Positions 8,865 to 19,065 of a DNA stretch of 64,000 nt are shown one piece after another; position 1 is the first letter of the stretch, and each line of letters opens with the position of its first letter. Source of the stretch: Dehalococcoidia bacterium (GTDB lineage Bacteria; Chloroflexota; Dehalococcoidia; UBA2979). The position numbers were made by a program, and so were the translations under genes. Under the pieces are notes generated by a model that saw nothing but the letters and a program-made list of their open reading frames with translations, made no database searches and was not told the DNA's origin. The stretch is from assembly GCA_965219085.1 (NCBI GenBank), contig OZ244720.1, positions 672,001 to 736,000 on the forward strand. The letters are read 5' to 3'.

Positions 8865-11495
8865 ATGACGCTCAGCACTAGGTTGTCCTGGTTCTCGCTC
8901 CTGTTCACGGTCCTGGCCGTGCTCGCCACGCTGGCGCTGTTGGCCGGTGGCGGCCGCCCCGCGGGGGCCCAGCAAGGCGCCGTCCCCGCCCCGCCCACCG
9001 GTCTCACGGCGACCCAGGTCACGCATGACTCGGTCTCGCTCAGCTGGGACGACCCCGGCGACTCCAGCATCACCGGCTACGAGGTGCTGCAGCGCGACCG
9101 CGACGTGCACCGCGCCGGCCTGTTCATCCCGGTCCAGGCCAACACCGGCTCGGCCGCGACGAGCTACACCGACGACCAGGTCGTGGCCGGCGCGCGCTAC
9201 ATCTACCGGATCAAGGCGATCAACGCCCACGGCGTCAGCACCTGGTCGGCGCCCGCCCGGGCCAACACCCTCGCCGTACCGGCGCCTGGCTCCACCCCGA
9301 CTCCGGCGCCGGAGCCGGCGCCTGGCTCCACCCCGACCCCGGCGCCGGAGCCGGCGCCTGAGTTGGTCGAGGACAGCTCCGTTCCCGATCAGCCCACGGG
9401 ACTGGCCAGTGAAGCGTCCCACGACTCGGTCAGCCTGACCTGGGACGATCCCGGCGACGCCGGCATCAGCCACTACCAGATCCTGAGGCGGGACCGCGAC
9501 ATCCACGCCTCAGGTGAGTTCGTCACCATCAACTCCAACACCAACTCGGCGGCGAGGAGCTACACGGACGACAGCGCGGAGCCGGAGCAGCGCTACGTGT
9601 ACCGGGTCCAGGCGGTCAACCAGCACGGGGCCAGCAAGTGGTCGAGCTTCGCCAGAGCCAACACCCCAGCGGCGCCCACCCCGGCTGCGGGACCGACGCC
9701 GACACCGACCCCGGAGCCCACTCCAGCGCCCACGCCTGAGACGGACGGCGACGCGGCGGGCGGGACGGACGCGGGCGAGCGCCGGTGCAGCGCCACCGGT
9801 CCCTGCACCGGGCTCGACGAGAGTCCCGGCGTGACCCACGTGCCGGCGCTCGAGCTGACCAACGTGAGCCACGATTCGGTGACGCTGGAGTGGACCGCGC
9901 CCGCGGGCGCGCCGCCGCTGGGCTACGTCATCGTGCGCACCGAGGACGGGGCTGCGCCCACGCTGTCGTCGATCATCGTGGGCAACACCGAGTCGCAGCA
10001 GACGAGCTACACCGACCGCGGCATCGAGCCGCGGACGCTCTACACGTACTGGGTCTCGGCGCTGCGCGACACGGGCGTCTCGGCGTTCAAGCATGCGCCC
10101 AGCGCCTCGGCAACGACGGCGGCCGCGCCGGACAGCGTGACTGAGCCCGCGCCGGCGGTAGTGCCCTATGCCGGTTCGCCGCTGGCCCCCAGCGGGCTCA
10201 GCGCCGTGCTGGTGACCGACGGCGCCGTGCCGCCCACGCTCGGGGGCGTGCAGCTCGACTGGGGCGCCCCGGCCGAGGACGCCAGGTCGGTGACCGGCTA
10301 TCAGATCCGCCGCGGCCCCGTGGGCGACCAGCACACCGTGGTGCTCGTCGACGACACCGCCACCGCGGACACCGCCTACCTCGACGCCAGCGCCACCGAT
10401 CAGAGCTACTACTTCTACGAAGTCGTCGCACTGCGCGGCGCCGAGCCCAGCGAGCCCTCCGAGACCGTGTATGTGTCGCTGCCCACGGTCATCCCCCCGC
10501 CCCCGCTCGAGACCGCCCCCGCCAGCGGACATGTCTCCTGCGGCAGCAGCGACCCCGTAATCCCAGGCTTGGAGATCGAGCACCGGCTGCGCCACGTCAG
10601 CCACATCAATGGCGGCAAGCCCTTCGTCGACGCCAGAGTCGTGCTGACCGACGTGGACGGGGCCGACACCTGGAACCTGAGCGACAACGTGCGGTTCCTG
10701 CGGATCGGTTACAACTGGGACAGCAACCGCTGGCACAGTGTCTACCCGGTGTTCTGGCACACCGTGGAGGCCGACGAGATCGGCGACTGGAAGGCACTGC
10801 GCCAGGTGCCCTACGGCGACGAGGTAGAACTGTTCGCCTACGTCGTCCGCGACTCCGACAGCACGATCGTGCCCGTCCACACGAACGGCAAGGCACTCCG
10901 CAAGTGCTTCACGGTGCGCAGAAGCGACACCGTCGGCGACCCCCAGCCGCCGCAACCAGCTGCTGGGGCGGCATTCGACGAAAGCACCGTCGTCTACTTC
11001 GCCGGCCCCACCGTGGAGGTCGACGTTTCCGGCTGGTTCACCGACCCCCAGGGGCTGTCGATGAACTACTACCTGTGCGACCAATGCGACTTCTACTCCT
11101 GGAGGAGCGCAACCTCCGACAACGGTCGAGACTACTACCTCTTCCCGACGGGGAAACCGTTGGCGTGGAGCTGGATCAGCGGCAGCACGTTGCACATTCG
11201 GCCCACGAACAATCTCTCCATGTTCGGCCGCAGCGGAGGGCTCTGGGGGCCGACGGACTACGGCAACATATACAACAAGGGCAAGGGATTCGTCACGGTC
11301 GCAGCGATCAACAGCGCCGGGGCGGTCGGCGTCCTCGACATCTGCTTCACGCTGGAGTACGACGCCGCAGAAGCCAACAGGTCAACCGTCAAGTGGGCGG
11401 TAAACAAGCGGTGGCCACAAACCGGAACCCTCACACCCTGCAGTACAACTTTCCTGAAGGTTGCGGAGGGGATAGCACTTGGTCAGCAGCCATAA
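8865..11495 (+). CDS. Secreted fibronectin type III repeat protein (4 FN3) with a unique Cys/aromatic-rich C-terminal region; lacks the constant C-module
   Basis: ATG at 8865 after GGAGG; signal peptide MTLSTRLSWFSLLFTVLAVLATLALLAGGGRPAGA; FN3 motifs (SVSLSWDDP...YIYRIKAIN); Pro-rich 36-bp repeat linker PAPGSTPTPAPE x2. Confidence 0.88.
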   Translation: MTLSTRLSWFSLLFTVLAVLATLALLAGGGRPAGAQQGAVPAPPTGLTATQVTHDSVSLSWDDPGDSSITGYEVLQRDRDVHRAGLFIPVQANTGSAATSYTDDQVVAGARYIYRIKAINAHGVSTWSAPARANTLAVPAPGSTPTPAPEPAPGSTPTPAPEPAPELVEDSSVPDQPTGLASEASHDSVSLTWDDPGDAGISHYQILRRDRDIHASGEFVTINSNTNSAARSYTDDSAEPEQRYVYRVQAVNQHGASKWSSFARANTPAAPTPAAGPTPTPTPEPTPAPTPETDGDAAGGTDAGERRCSATGPCTGLDESPGVTHVPALELTNVSHDSVTLEWTAPAGAPPLGYVIVRTEDGAAPTLSSIIVGNTESQQTSYTDRGIEPRTLYTYWVSALRDTGVSAFKHAPSASATTAAAPDSVTEPAPAVVPYAGSPLAPSGLSAVLVTDGAVPPTLGGVQLDWGAPAEDARSVTGYQIRRGPVGDQHTVVLVDDTATADTAYLDASATDQSYYFYEVVALRGAEPSEPSETVYVSLPTVIPPPPLETAPASGHVSCGSSDPVIPGLEIEHRLRHVSHINGGKPFVDARVVLTDVDGADTWNLSDNVRFLRIGYNWDSNRWHSVYPVFWHTVEADEIGDWKALRQVPYGDEVELFAYVVRDSDSTIVPVHTNGKALRKCFTVRRSDTVGDPQPPQPAAGAAFDESTVVYFAGPTVEVDVSGWFTDPQGLSMNYYLCDQCDFYSWRSATSDNGRDYYLFPTGKPLAWSWISGSTLHIRPTNNLSMFGRSGGLWGPTDYGNIYNKGKGFVTVAAINSAGAVGVLDICFTLEYDAAEANRSTVKWAVNKRWPQTGTLTPCSTTFLKVAEGIALGQQP

Positions 11496-11619
11496 GGTGG
11501 TGGTCCGTGGCGCTCGCCGTGCGGGCTCGTTGACACGCAGGTCGGTCCCAGTCGCCAACTCAACACATGACGCAGGCCGAGACTAGAACCCATGCCATCA
11601 CAAGGAGGCAAAAGCATGG

Positions 11620-11666
11620 GTCAAGCACGTGTATCGGGTCAAGGCGATCAACGCGGCGGGCGTGGT
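11620..11666 (+). pseudogene. FN3 remnant (HVYRVKAINAAGV) in the spacer before the protease gene
   Basis: In frame with ORF 11629..18372 but upstream of its signal peptide; matches the YVYRVKAVNAHG strand of the array's FN3 domains. Confidence 0.5.
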
Positions 11667-11748
11667 CGCTGGACCTGGCGAACGCCCTGGCCGGTCAGGA
11701 CGGGGTGCTGAGCTCGAGCCCGAACTGGCGCAGGGAAGTGGTCGCCAG

Positions 11749-14700
11749 GTGAGGTGGCCGGCGCTGCTGGCTGCCTGCGTCCTCCTTGGCGTCATGGCCG
11801 CGCCCGGCCTCGCGCGAGCGCAGAGACCGCCGCCCGTCGCCGCCCCGACCATCGACTCGGTCACCCGCGGCGACGAATCGCTGATCGTGGACTGGACGGC
11901 GCCCGCCAGCGTCGACGCGGCCGATATCAGCGCCTACGACCTGCGCTCCATCGAGAGCGACGCCCCGGACAAGGCCGCCGGCCTCTGGACCGTCGTGTTG
12001 GACGCCTGGAGCGCGGGCGACCTGCGCTACCTCCTCAGCGGCCTGACCAACGACACGCAGTACGACGTGCAGGTGCGCGCGGTCACGATGGGTCGCCTGG
12101 GCGACTGGTCGGCCACCGCCACCGGCGCGCCTGCCGACCACAGCGGCGCGACCGCCGGCGCGACCGCGCTGGCGCTGGACTCCACGGCGACCGGCGTCAT
12201 CGAGTCGGGCGACGACGAGGATTTCTTCAAGATCGTGCTGACCAGCGCCGCCGACCTGTGGCTCTACACGACCAGCAATCTCGACACCAAGGGCGCACTG
12301 TACGACTCCGGCGGCGGCCACCTCAAGACCCACAAAGGCGGCGGCGGGTGGCCCGGCCAGCTGTGGGACTTCGAGATCCGCGCCGAGCTGGAGGCGGGAA
12401 CCTACTATGTCAGCGTCGGCGTTAACCACTCGAAGGTCACCGGGCCGTACACGCTGCATGCGCGAACGGCGACCGCCCCCGGCGGCTCCCTCGCCGACGC
12501 GACGGCCATCACCCTCGGGGCCCCGGCGCCGGGGCGGATCGACGCGGCGGACGACCGCGACGTCTTCAAGATCGTGCTGACCAGCGCCGCCGATCTGTGG
12601 ATCGTCTCCAGCGGCAGTATGGATCTCGTCGGGCAGCTGCTCGATGCCGACGGGGTTGTCATCGCCGAAAATGACGACAGCTCCCTCGCGTACAGCCGCT
12701 ACAACTTCGGGATCTGGCGCGAGGTGGAGGCGGGAACCTATTACATCAGGGTGCGCGCGCTCCTTTATGGATGGGGGATAGAAACGTACACGCTCCACGC
12801 CCGAACGGTCACGCCACCGGGTGGGTCGATCGCCGGCGCCGTGGACATCGACCTGCTGCAAACTGCGGCGCGGCTGAACGCGGCGACCGACGAGCACTAC
12901 TTCGCCCTCACGATCGCCGCCACCGAATACATTTACATGCATGCCAGGGTCAGCCATACCTTATTCCGTCCCAACGACCCCGCGTCGCTGGCTGCGGAGG
13001 TCTTCGACCAGGCTGGCAACCCGGTGGACATCTATTGGATCCCCCACAGCGCCTTCATCGAGGATGGCCGTTCGTTTTTCAGCTTTGCGATCTTCGGCAA
13101 GCTCAGCGCCGGCACGAACTACCTCAAAATCTCGTCTCCCTCCGGCAAGCCCGGACCGTACCTACTCACGATCCTTGACGATACCGCGTACACCAGCTTC
13201 ATCAATGAATGCACCGCCAAGGAGACCCCCGTCAGCGACCCCCTGTACGGATGTCAGTGGCACCTGCGCAACAGCGGTCAGTACCCCGGAGGGGCAGGAC
13301 AGGACATCAACGTCGAAGACGTCTGGAAGACCAACATGGGAGCCGGCGTGAACGTCACCGTGGTCGACGACGGGATGCACTTCGAGCACGAAGACCTGAC
13401 GGACAACGCCGACCCATCCCGCAACCGGAACTACTCCACTCGCGCCAGCATATTCAACCCCTTCGAGACCCACGGGACGCGCGTGGCCGGCCTGATCGCG
13501 GCGCGGGACAACAATATCGGCATGCGCGGCGTCGCGCCCCAAGCCACGATCTACGGCTACAACCTGTTGGCGGACTCTACGGCTGCGAATGCGGCGGACG
13601 CCATGTTCAGGATCGGCGAGGGGTCCACGACGGGCGACGAGGACACCGCCGTGTCCAACAACAGCTGGGGACCATCACACCTCTTCGGCCCGGCCCCCGC
13701 GTCCGCCGCCTGGGAGCTGGCCGTCCAGAACGGGGTGACGAGCGGCAACCACGGCAAGGGAGTCTTCTACGTTTTCTCCGCCGGCAATGGAGGGACCTTC
13801 ACCAGCGCCAACCTCAACGGATACGCGAACTACTACGCCGTCACCGCCGTCTGTGCCGTCAACTACGACGATCTAAGAAGCAGCTACTCGGAATTGGGCG
13901 CGAACCTGTGGGTATGCGCTCCATCCAATGAGGTCGTCGCAGATCTGCCCGCGATCGCGACGACCGATAACGGCGACCAATATACGCCCAACTTCGGCGG
14001 CACGTCCGCGGCCGCTCCGATCGTCTCCGGCGTGGCCGCGCTGCTGCGCAGCGCAGACGACAGTCTGACCTGGCGCGACCTGAAGCTCATCCTCGCGGCG
14101 TCCGCGCGCAAGAACAATCCGCGGAACACCGGCTGGGCGCAGGGCGCGCTGGAATACGGATCCGACAGCGAGCGCTACTTCTTCAACCACAAGTACGGCT
14201 TTGGCATGGTGGACGCCGGGGCCGCCGTCGCTCTGGCCGGCGACTGGACCAAGGTGCCGGCGCTGCGCGAGATCAGCGCGGAATCGGCCGACAAGAACTT
14301 GGAGATTCCCGACCGTCCCTCCGGTGGCGCCCCGATCACGGTCCGCAGCCGCGTGACCGTCGACAACCATGTGGGATTCGTCGAGTTCGTCGAGATCAAC
14401 GTCACGTTCGACCACGCGTCCTTCAATGATCTCGAGGTGCAGCTGGTATCCCCCTCCGGCGCCAGATCCAGGCTCACCTATGCCAACGGCCACTCTCGCG
14501 TGCCCGTGGAGCAGACCATCCGCTTCGGCTCGGCCCGGCACCTCGGTGAGAACGCCGCCGGCACGTGGACGCTTCACATCACCGACCACAGGCCCACGCG
14601 GACGGGAACGCTCGATGGGTGGAGTCTGACCGTCTACGGACATGGATTCTCGCCCGGTCGCCCCGACATCGGCATGGTGGTTCCCGGCATCCGCGCGCTC

Positions 14701-17700
14701 ACGGTTGACTGGACCGCCCCCGCCGACACCGGCGGCTCGGCCGTCACCGCCTACGACCTGCGCTATATCGAGAGCGCCGCCGCCGAAAGGTCAGGCGACA
14801 ACTGGAGCGTGGCGGAAAGCATCGGGACCGTCGGCAACCTGCAATACACCGTCACTGGTGTCACCGGAGGTGTCGGGTACGACCTGCAGCTGCGGGCGGT
14901 CAACGAGGACGGCCCCGGCCCCTGGTCCGCCGCGACCACGGGAGTGCCCATGATGAACGCGCGGCCCTGGTTCCCGGGGGGGGCGAACATATTTCGGTCC
15001 GTGGCCAAGAACTCTCGCGGGGGGGCACCCGTCGGCGCGCCGGTCACGGCCAGCGACCCCGAGGGCGACACCTTGATCTACACGGTCTCGGGCTTCCACG
15101 CGGACCTGTTCGCTATCGAGAGCCGGAGCGGGCAGATCCGGGTTGCGCCGGACACGACGGTAGGCAACGAGCCAGGGACGGTATACATCGTTGAGGCGAC
15201 TGCCGCCGACCCCTTTGGCCTCGGGGACCCCACCTTAGTCATCATCGCCGTCACCGACGAGAACGAGGCGCCGGTCGTGAGTGGTCTCGCCCGCGTGGAC
15301 TACGCCGAGCAGGGCACGGCCGACGTGGCGATCTACAGCGCGGAGGATCCAGAGCACGCCACGATCGCCTGGTCGTTGGAGGGGACGGACAGCGATCAGT
15401 TCCGCATTAGCGACAACGGCGTGCTGGGCTTCGTCGCGCCGCCCGACTTCGAGTCGCCGGCGGACGCGGGCGGGAACAACGAGTACCTGGTGCGAGTGCG
15501 GGTCTCCGACGGCCAGCAGAGCGACGCCCTGGATGTGACGGTGACCGTCACCAACGAAGAGGAGGCGGGGACGCTCACGCTGTCCTCGCAGCAGCCGCTG
15601 GTGGGCACCTTGCTGACCGCCACGCTCGACGACCCCGACGGCGACATCACGAGCCTGTCGTGGACATGGGAGCGCTCGCAGAACCGGAGCAACTGGAGCG
15701 AGATCGACGGCGCCACGACCGAGAGCTACACGCCCGCCGACGCCGACCTGGACCACTACCTGCGGGTGACGGCCTCGTATGACGACGGCGAGGGCGCCGG
15801 CAAGAGCGCGCAGGAGACCTCGGACGAGCCGACGCAGGCCGCGCCGGTGATGAACGAGCCCCCCGCGTTCGTCGCCCAGACCACGCCCCGCTCGATCGAG
15901 GAGAACTCGGCCGAAGGCACGCCCGTCGGCGACCCGGTCACGGCCACGGACCCCGACGCCGACACGCTGGCCTACACGCTCTCGGGCATCGATGCGGCCC
16001 TCTTCACCATCGAGGGCGGCAGCGGTCAGATTCGGGTCGGGCAGGGCGCCGTGCTGGACTACGAAGACTCCAACTCCTACTCCGTGACCGTCACCGCCGC
16101 CGACCCATCCACGGCCAGCGACAGCATCGCTGTCGACATCACCGTCAGGAACGTGAACGAGGCGCCGGAGGCGACCGGCGACACGGTCACGACCGACGAG
16201 GACACGCCGGTGACGATCGATGTCCTCATCAACGACAGCGACCCCGAGGGTGACGCCCTGACCGTCTCGGTGAGCACGCAGCCTGCCAACGGCGTCGCCG
16301 AGGTCGATGCCGCCAGCAACGAGATCACGTACACGCCCAAGGCCGACTACCACGGCGCGGACAGCTTCAGCTACGCCGTCTCCGACGGGAGCCTCTCCGC
16401 CGAGGCCACCGTCGCGGTGACCATCGACCCGCTCAACGACGCCCCCGAGTTCGCGGGGGCCACGGCCGGGCGCTCGGTCTCCGAGAGCGCGCAGGAAGGG
16501 GACGACGTCGGCGCGCCGGTCACCGCCAGCGACGTGGACGGCGACGAGCTCACCTACCGGCTGACCGGCGCCGCTGCCTCGGACTTCGAGATCGAGGAGC
16601 ACACTGCCCAGGTCACCGTGCGCGACGGGGTCGTGCTGGACGCCGCGAACCGGCCCGCCTACGCGGGCACGGTGATCGCAGAGGACGGGAACGGCGGGAC
16701 GGCGAGCATCGAGGTCACCATCACCGTGTCCAGCGCCGGCCCCACCGGCCCCGGCCCCGGCGGCGGGGGCGGCGGAGGCGGTGGTGGTGGTGGTGGCCCG
16801 TCGGGGCCCTCGCCGAGCGAGCTGGACTTCGAGTGGAACGTGAAGCGCGACCTCGAAGCGCTGGACGGCGGCCACGACACGCCGACCGGCGCCTGGTCGG
16901 ACGGCACAACCCTCTGGGTACTCGAGAACGGAGACGGCGCCGGCGACGCCATCTACGCCTACGACCTGAACACGGGCGAACGCCTGGAGGAGCGCGAGTT
17001 CGAACTCGACGAGCGCAACCGCGCACCGCGCGGCGTCTGGTCCGGCGGCACGGTCATCTGGGTCTCCGACAGCGGCCAGGACCGCCTGTTCGGCCATGAC
17101 CTCGAGACGGGCGAGCGCCTGCCGGAGCGCGACCTCGAGTTCGACGAGGACAACGGCGCCGCCCGCGGCATCTGGTCGGATGGCGAGAGGATGTGGGTGC
17201 TGGACCGGGACGAGGACAGCGTCTTCGTCTACGACCTCGGGAGCGGCGAGCTGGTGGCCGAGTACGCCCTCGACGACGCCAACGGGAGTCCCCACGGGAT
17301 CTGGTCGGACGGGGTGACGATCTGGGTCTCGGACCACGGCGCGAAGCGGCTCTTCGCCTACCGCCTCGAGGATGGGGCGCTCGTACGCAACAGCGAGGAG
17401 GAGTTCACGGAGCTGAGCAAGGCCTCCAACAACAGCCCGCGCGGCATCTGGTCGGACGGCGAGGTGATCTACGTGGCCGACGAGAGCGACGACAAGGTCT
17501 ACAGCTACAACATGCCCGACGCGATCGACGCGCGCCTCGCCTCACTGTCGCTGAGCGGCATCGAGATCGGGGAGTTCTCGGGGGACCGCACGGAGTACGA
17601 CGGCGTCGCCGCCGAGGGCGTGACGGAGACGACGGTCGAGGCGGAGGCGCTGCAGCGCCGCACGACCGTCCTCATCGAGCCGGCCGACGCCGGCGGCGAC

Positions 17701-18372
17701 GACACGAACGGCCACCAGCTGGCGCTGGAGGGCATCGACGCGATCACGGTCACCGTGACCTCGGCGGACGGCAGCCGCACGCGTGTCTACCGCGTGCGCC
17801 TGGGAGACCCGGACCGGCAGGCGACGCCCGATCCCTGGACGCACTGCTTGCGCGGCGACGTCGCCGAGGGCTTCAGCCTCGTCGTCTATGAGGGTGGCAG
17901 CGTCGAGGAGCTGGTCACCTGCGCGGAGAGTCGCGATGTCGTGGCCCTCTACGCGCTGCACGGCGGCGTCTACGTCTCGTACATCCTTGGAGCGCCGGGG
18001 TTCGTGAACCAACCATTCGCCGAGCTGTTCGCCGATGGTGTCCCCCCGGTCATGCCGCTGGTCGCTGGGAGCAGCGGACCGCCATCAGCGGACCCGAACC
18101 AAGGCGACGGCGCCCTGTTGCCGTGGCCGGAGTGCCTGCGCGGCGAGATCGCCGCGGGCTTCAGCCTCGTCATCTACGAGGGCGGTAGCGTCGATGATCT
18201 CGTGGCCTGCGCGCAGAGCCTGGCCGTCACGGCCCTCTACACGCTCGACGAGGGCGAGTTCGTCTCCTACATCCTCGGAGCGCCCGAGTTCGTGAACCGC
18301 AAGTTCAGGGAGTTGTTCCCGCACGGCGTTCCGCCCCTCACGCCGCTGGTCGCCGCAAGCGACGGGCGGTAG
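11749..18372 (+). CDS. Giant secreted S8 (kexin/furin-like) serine protease with P-domain, PPC-like domains, FN3, cadherin/Big_9 repeats and constant C-terminal module
   Basis: Probable start GTG 11749 (VRWPALLAACVLLGVMAAPGLARA signal). Catalytic D (VTVVDDGM), H (HGTRVAG), oxyanion N (FSAGNG), S (GGTSAAAP); LTWRDLKLIL and KYGFGMVDA kexin-type motifs; P-domain (GENAAGTWTLHITD). Confidence 0.92.
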   Translation: MRWPALLAACVLLGVMAAPGLARAQRPPPVAAPTIDSVTRGDESLIVDWTAPASVDAADISAYDLRSIESDAPDKAAGLWTVVLDAWSAGDLRYLLSGLTNDTQYDVQVRAVTMGRLGDWSATATGAPADHSGATAGATALALDSTATGVIESGDDEDFFKIVLTSAADLWLYTTSNLDTKGALYDSGGGHLKTHKGGGGWPGQLWDFEIRAELEAGTYYVSVGVNHSKVTGPYTLHARTATAPGGSLADATAITLGAPAPGRIDAADDRDVFKIVLTSAADLWIVSSGSMDLVGQLLDADGVVIAENDDSSLAYSRYNFGIWREVEAGTYYIRVRALLYGWGIETYTLHARTVTPPGGSIAGAVDIDLLQTAARLNAATDEHYFALTIAATEYIYMHARVSHTLFRPNDPASLAAEVFDQAGNPVDIYWIPHSAFIEDGRSFFSFAIFGKLSAGTNYLKISSPSGKPGPYLLTILDDTAYTSFINECTAKETPVSDPLYGCQWHLRNSGQYPGGAGQDINVEDVWKTNMGAGVNVTVVDDGMHFEHEDLTDNADPSRNRNYSTRASIFNPFETHGTRVAGLIAARDNNIGMRGVAPQATIYGYNLLADSTAANAADAMFRIGEGSTTGDEDTAVSNNSWGPSHLFGPAPASAAWELAVQNGVTSGNHGKGVFYVFSAGNGGTFTSANLNGYANYYAVTAVCAVNYDDLRSSYSELGANLWVCAPSNEVVADLPAIATTDNGDQYTPNFGGTSAAAPIVSGVAALLRSADDSLTWRDLKLILAASARKNNPRNTGWAQGALEYGSDSERYFFNHKYGFGMVDAGAAVALAGDWTKVPALREISAESADKNLEIPDRPSGGAPITVRSRVTVDNHVGFVEFVEINVTFDHASFNDLEVQLVSPSGARSRLTYANGHSRVPVEQTIRFGSARHLGENAAGTWTLHITDHRPTRTGTLDGWSLTVYGHGFSPGRPDIGMVVPGIRALTVDWTAPADTGGSAVTAYDLRYIESAAAERSGDNWSVAESIGTVGNLQYTVTGVTGGVGYDLQLRAVNEDGPGPWSAATTGVPMMNARPWFPGGANIFRSVAKNSRGGAPVGAPVTASDPEGDTLIYTVSGFHADLFAIESRSGQIRVAPDTTVGNEPGTVYIVEATAADPFGLGDPTLVIIAVTDENEAPVVSGLARVDYAEQGTADVAIYSAEDPEHATIAWSLEGTDSDQFRISDNGVLGFVAPPDFESPADAGGNNEYLVRVRVSDGQQSDALDVTVTVTNEEEAGTLTLSSQQPLVGTLLTATLDDPDGDITSLSWTWERSQNRSNWSEIDGATTESYTPADADLDHYLRVTASYDDGEGAGKSAQETSDEPTQAAPVMNEPPAFVAQTTPRSIEENSAEGTPVGDPVTATDPDADTLAYTLSGIDAALFTIEGGSGQIRVGQGAVLDYEDSNSYSVTVTAADPSTASDSIAVDITVRNVNEAPEATGDTVTTDEDTPVTIDVLINDSDPEGDALTVSVSTQPANGVAEVDAASNEITYTPKADYHGADSFSYAVSDGSLSAEATVAVTIDPLNDAPEFAGATAGRSVSESAQEGDDVGAPVTASDVDGDELTYRLTGAAASDFEIEEHTAQVTVRDGVVLDAANRPAYAGTVIAEDGNGGTASIEVTITVSSAGPTGPGPGGGGGGGGGGGGGPSGPSPSELDFEWNVKRDLEALDGGHDTPTGAWSDGTTLWVLENGDGAGDAIYAYDLNTGERLEEREFELDERNRAPRGVWSGGTVIWVSDSGQDRLFGHDLETGERLPERDLEFDEDNGAARGIWSDGERMWVLDRDEDSVFVYDLGSGELVAEYALDDANGSPHGIWSDGVTIWVSDHGAKRLFAYRLEDGALVRNSEEEFTELSKASNNSPRGIWSDGEVIYVADESDDKVYSYNMPDAIDARLASLSLSGIEIGEFSGDRTEYDGVAAEGVTETTVEAEALQRRTTVLIEPADAGGDDTNGHQLALEGIDAITVTVTSADGSRTRVYRVRLGDPDRQATPDPWTHCLRGDVAEGFSLVVYEGGSVEELVTCAESRDVVALYALHGGVYVSYILGAPGFVNQPFAELFADGVPPVMPLVAGSSGPPSADPNQGDGALLPWPECLRGEIAAGFSLVIYEGGSVDDLVACAQSLAVTALYTLDEGEFVSYILGAPEFVNRKFRELFPHGVPPLTPLVAASDGR

Positions 18373-18498
18373 GCCCCCTCGGAGCGCGACACCGCTGCCA
18401 CTGAGCGCGGCCGAGTTCGCTCCGCCTTCCGCGCAGAACGCTCTTGCCCGGCAAGCGGCGTGACGGCTGCACTCCGCAGCGCGCCACCGCGTCGCTGG

Positions 18499-18527
18499 TT
18501 CTCAGGCAGTCGCTCATTGCCTGAGAA
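18499..18527. terminator. 10-bp-stem hairpin downstream of the protease gene (also at 32308-32336)
   Basis: TTCTCAGGCA-N9-TGCCTGAGAA perfect inverted repeat; no U-tract, so its function is uncertain. Confidence 0.4.
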
Positions 18528-18781
18528 GAGGCCACACGGCCCTCAATCCATGACATTCACGATATGTTCATAGAGCAGAGTCGTAAGTTCACGCCCCGTG
18601 CACTGACACCGAGCCAACGAACAGGAAGAATTGCCCCGTTGAACCCGGGAGAGCGCAACACGCTCGCGCGAGGGGGGCACTGGTGCGTCCGATGGTCGCG
18701 AAGTCGAACGGGAACGCGCGGCAGGCAAGCGCAACGGCGCTGCTGACCGCGTCCGGCGCTGCCTGCGCGCATCGCGCTACT

Positions 18782-18795
18782 AGAACAAACGTACC
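18782..18795. promoter_or_regulatory. LexA/SOS-box-like site (one mismatch) abutting the poly-C tract
   Basis: AGAACAAACGTACC vs GAAC-N4-GTTC consensus; identical copy at 32591-32604. Confidence 0.45.
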
Positions 18796-18815
18796 CCCCC
18801 CCCCCCCCCCCCCCC
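18794..18815. repeat. C22 homopolymer in the upstream region of the 4371-aa gene
   Basis: 22 consecutive C; the homologous position upstream of the next gene has 19. Confidence 0.9.
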
Positions 18816-19065
18816 ATTTTTCCGTCGGCGGCCCGTAGCCGGGCCTCGCTCGTTCGCTTCAACCGCCTCCGCCGCAGCGCCGCACGCCCGGAGCACACGC
18901 CCGTCCGCCGTCTCTCATCCGAACCGTCGCCGCCCCCGGCGCTCCAGTAGGGGCGCGCCCGTGCGTACCACGCCTCGTCTGCCGGCGTAGGCGCACGCCG
19001 CCGCCCCCGTTGGACGGAGGCTTGACGACGGGGGCCATGCGCAACACGCACCAGGAGGAGCAACG

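Noticed and set aside
18600-18780. Known riboswitch or tRNA in the spacer
   Set aside because: Could not match c-di-GMP, cobalamin, TPP or tRNA consensus features by eye; needs an Rfam scan.
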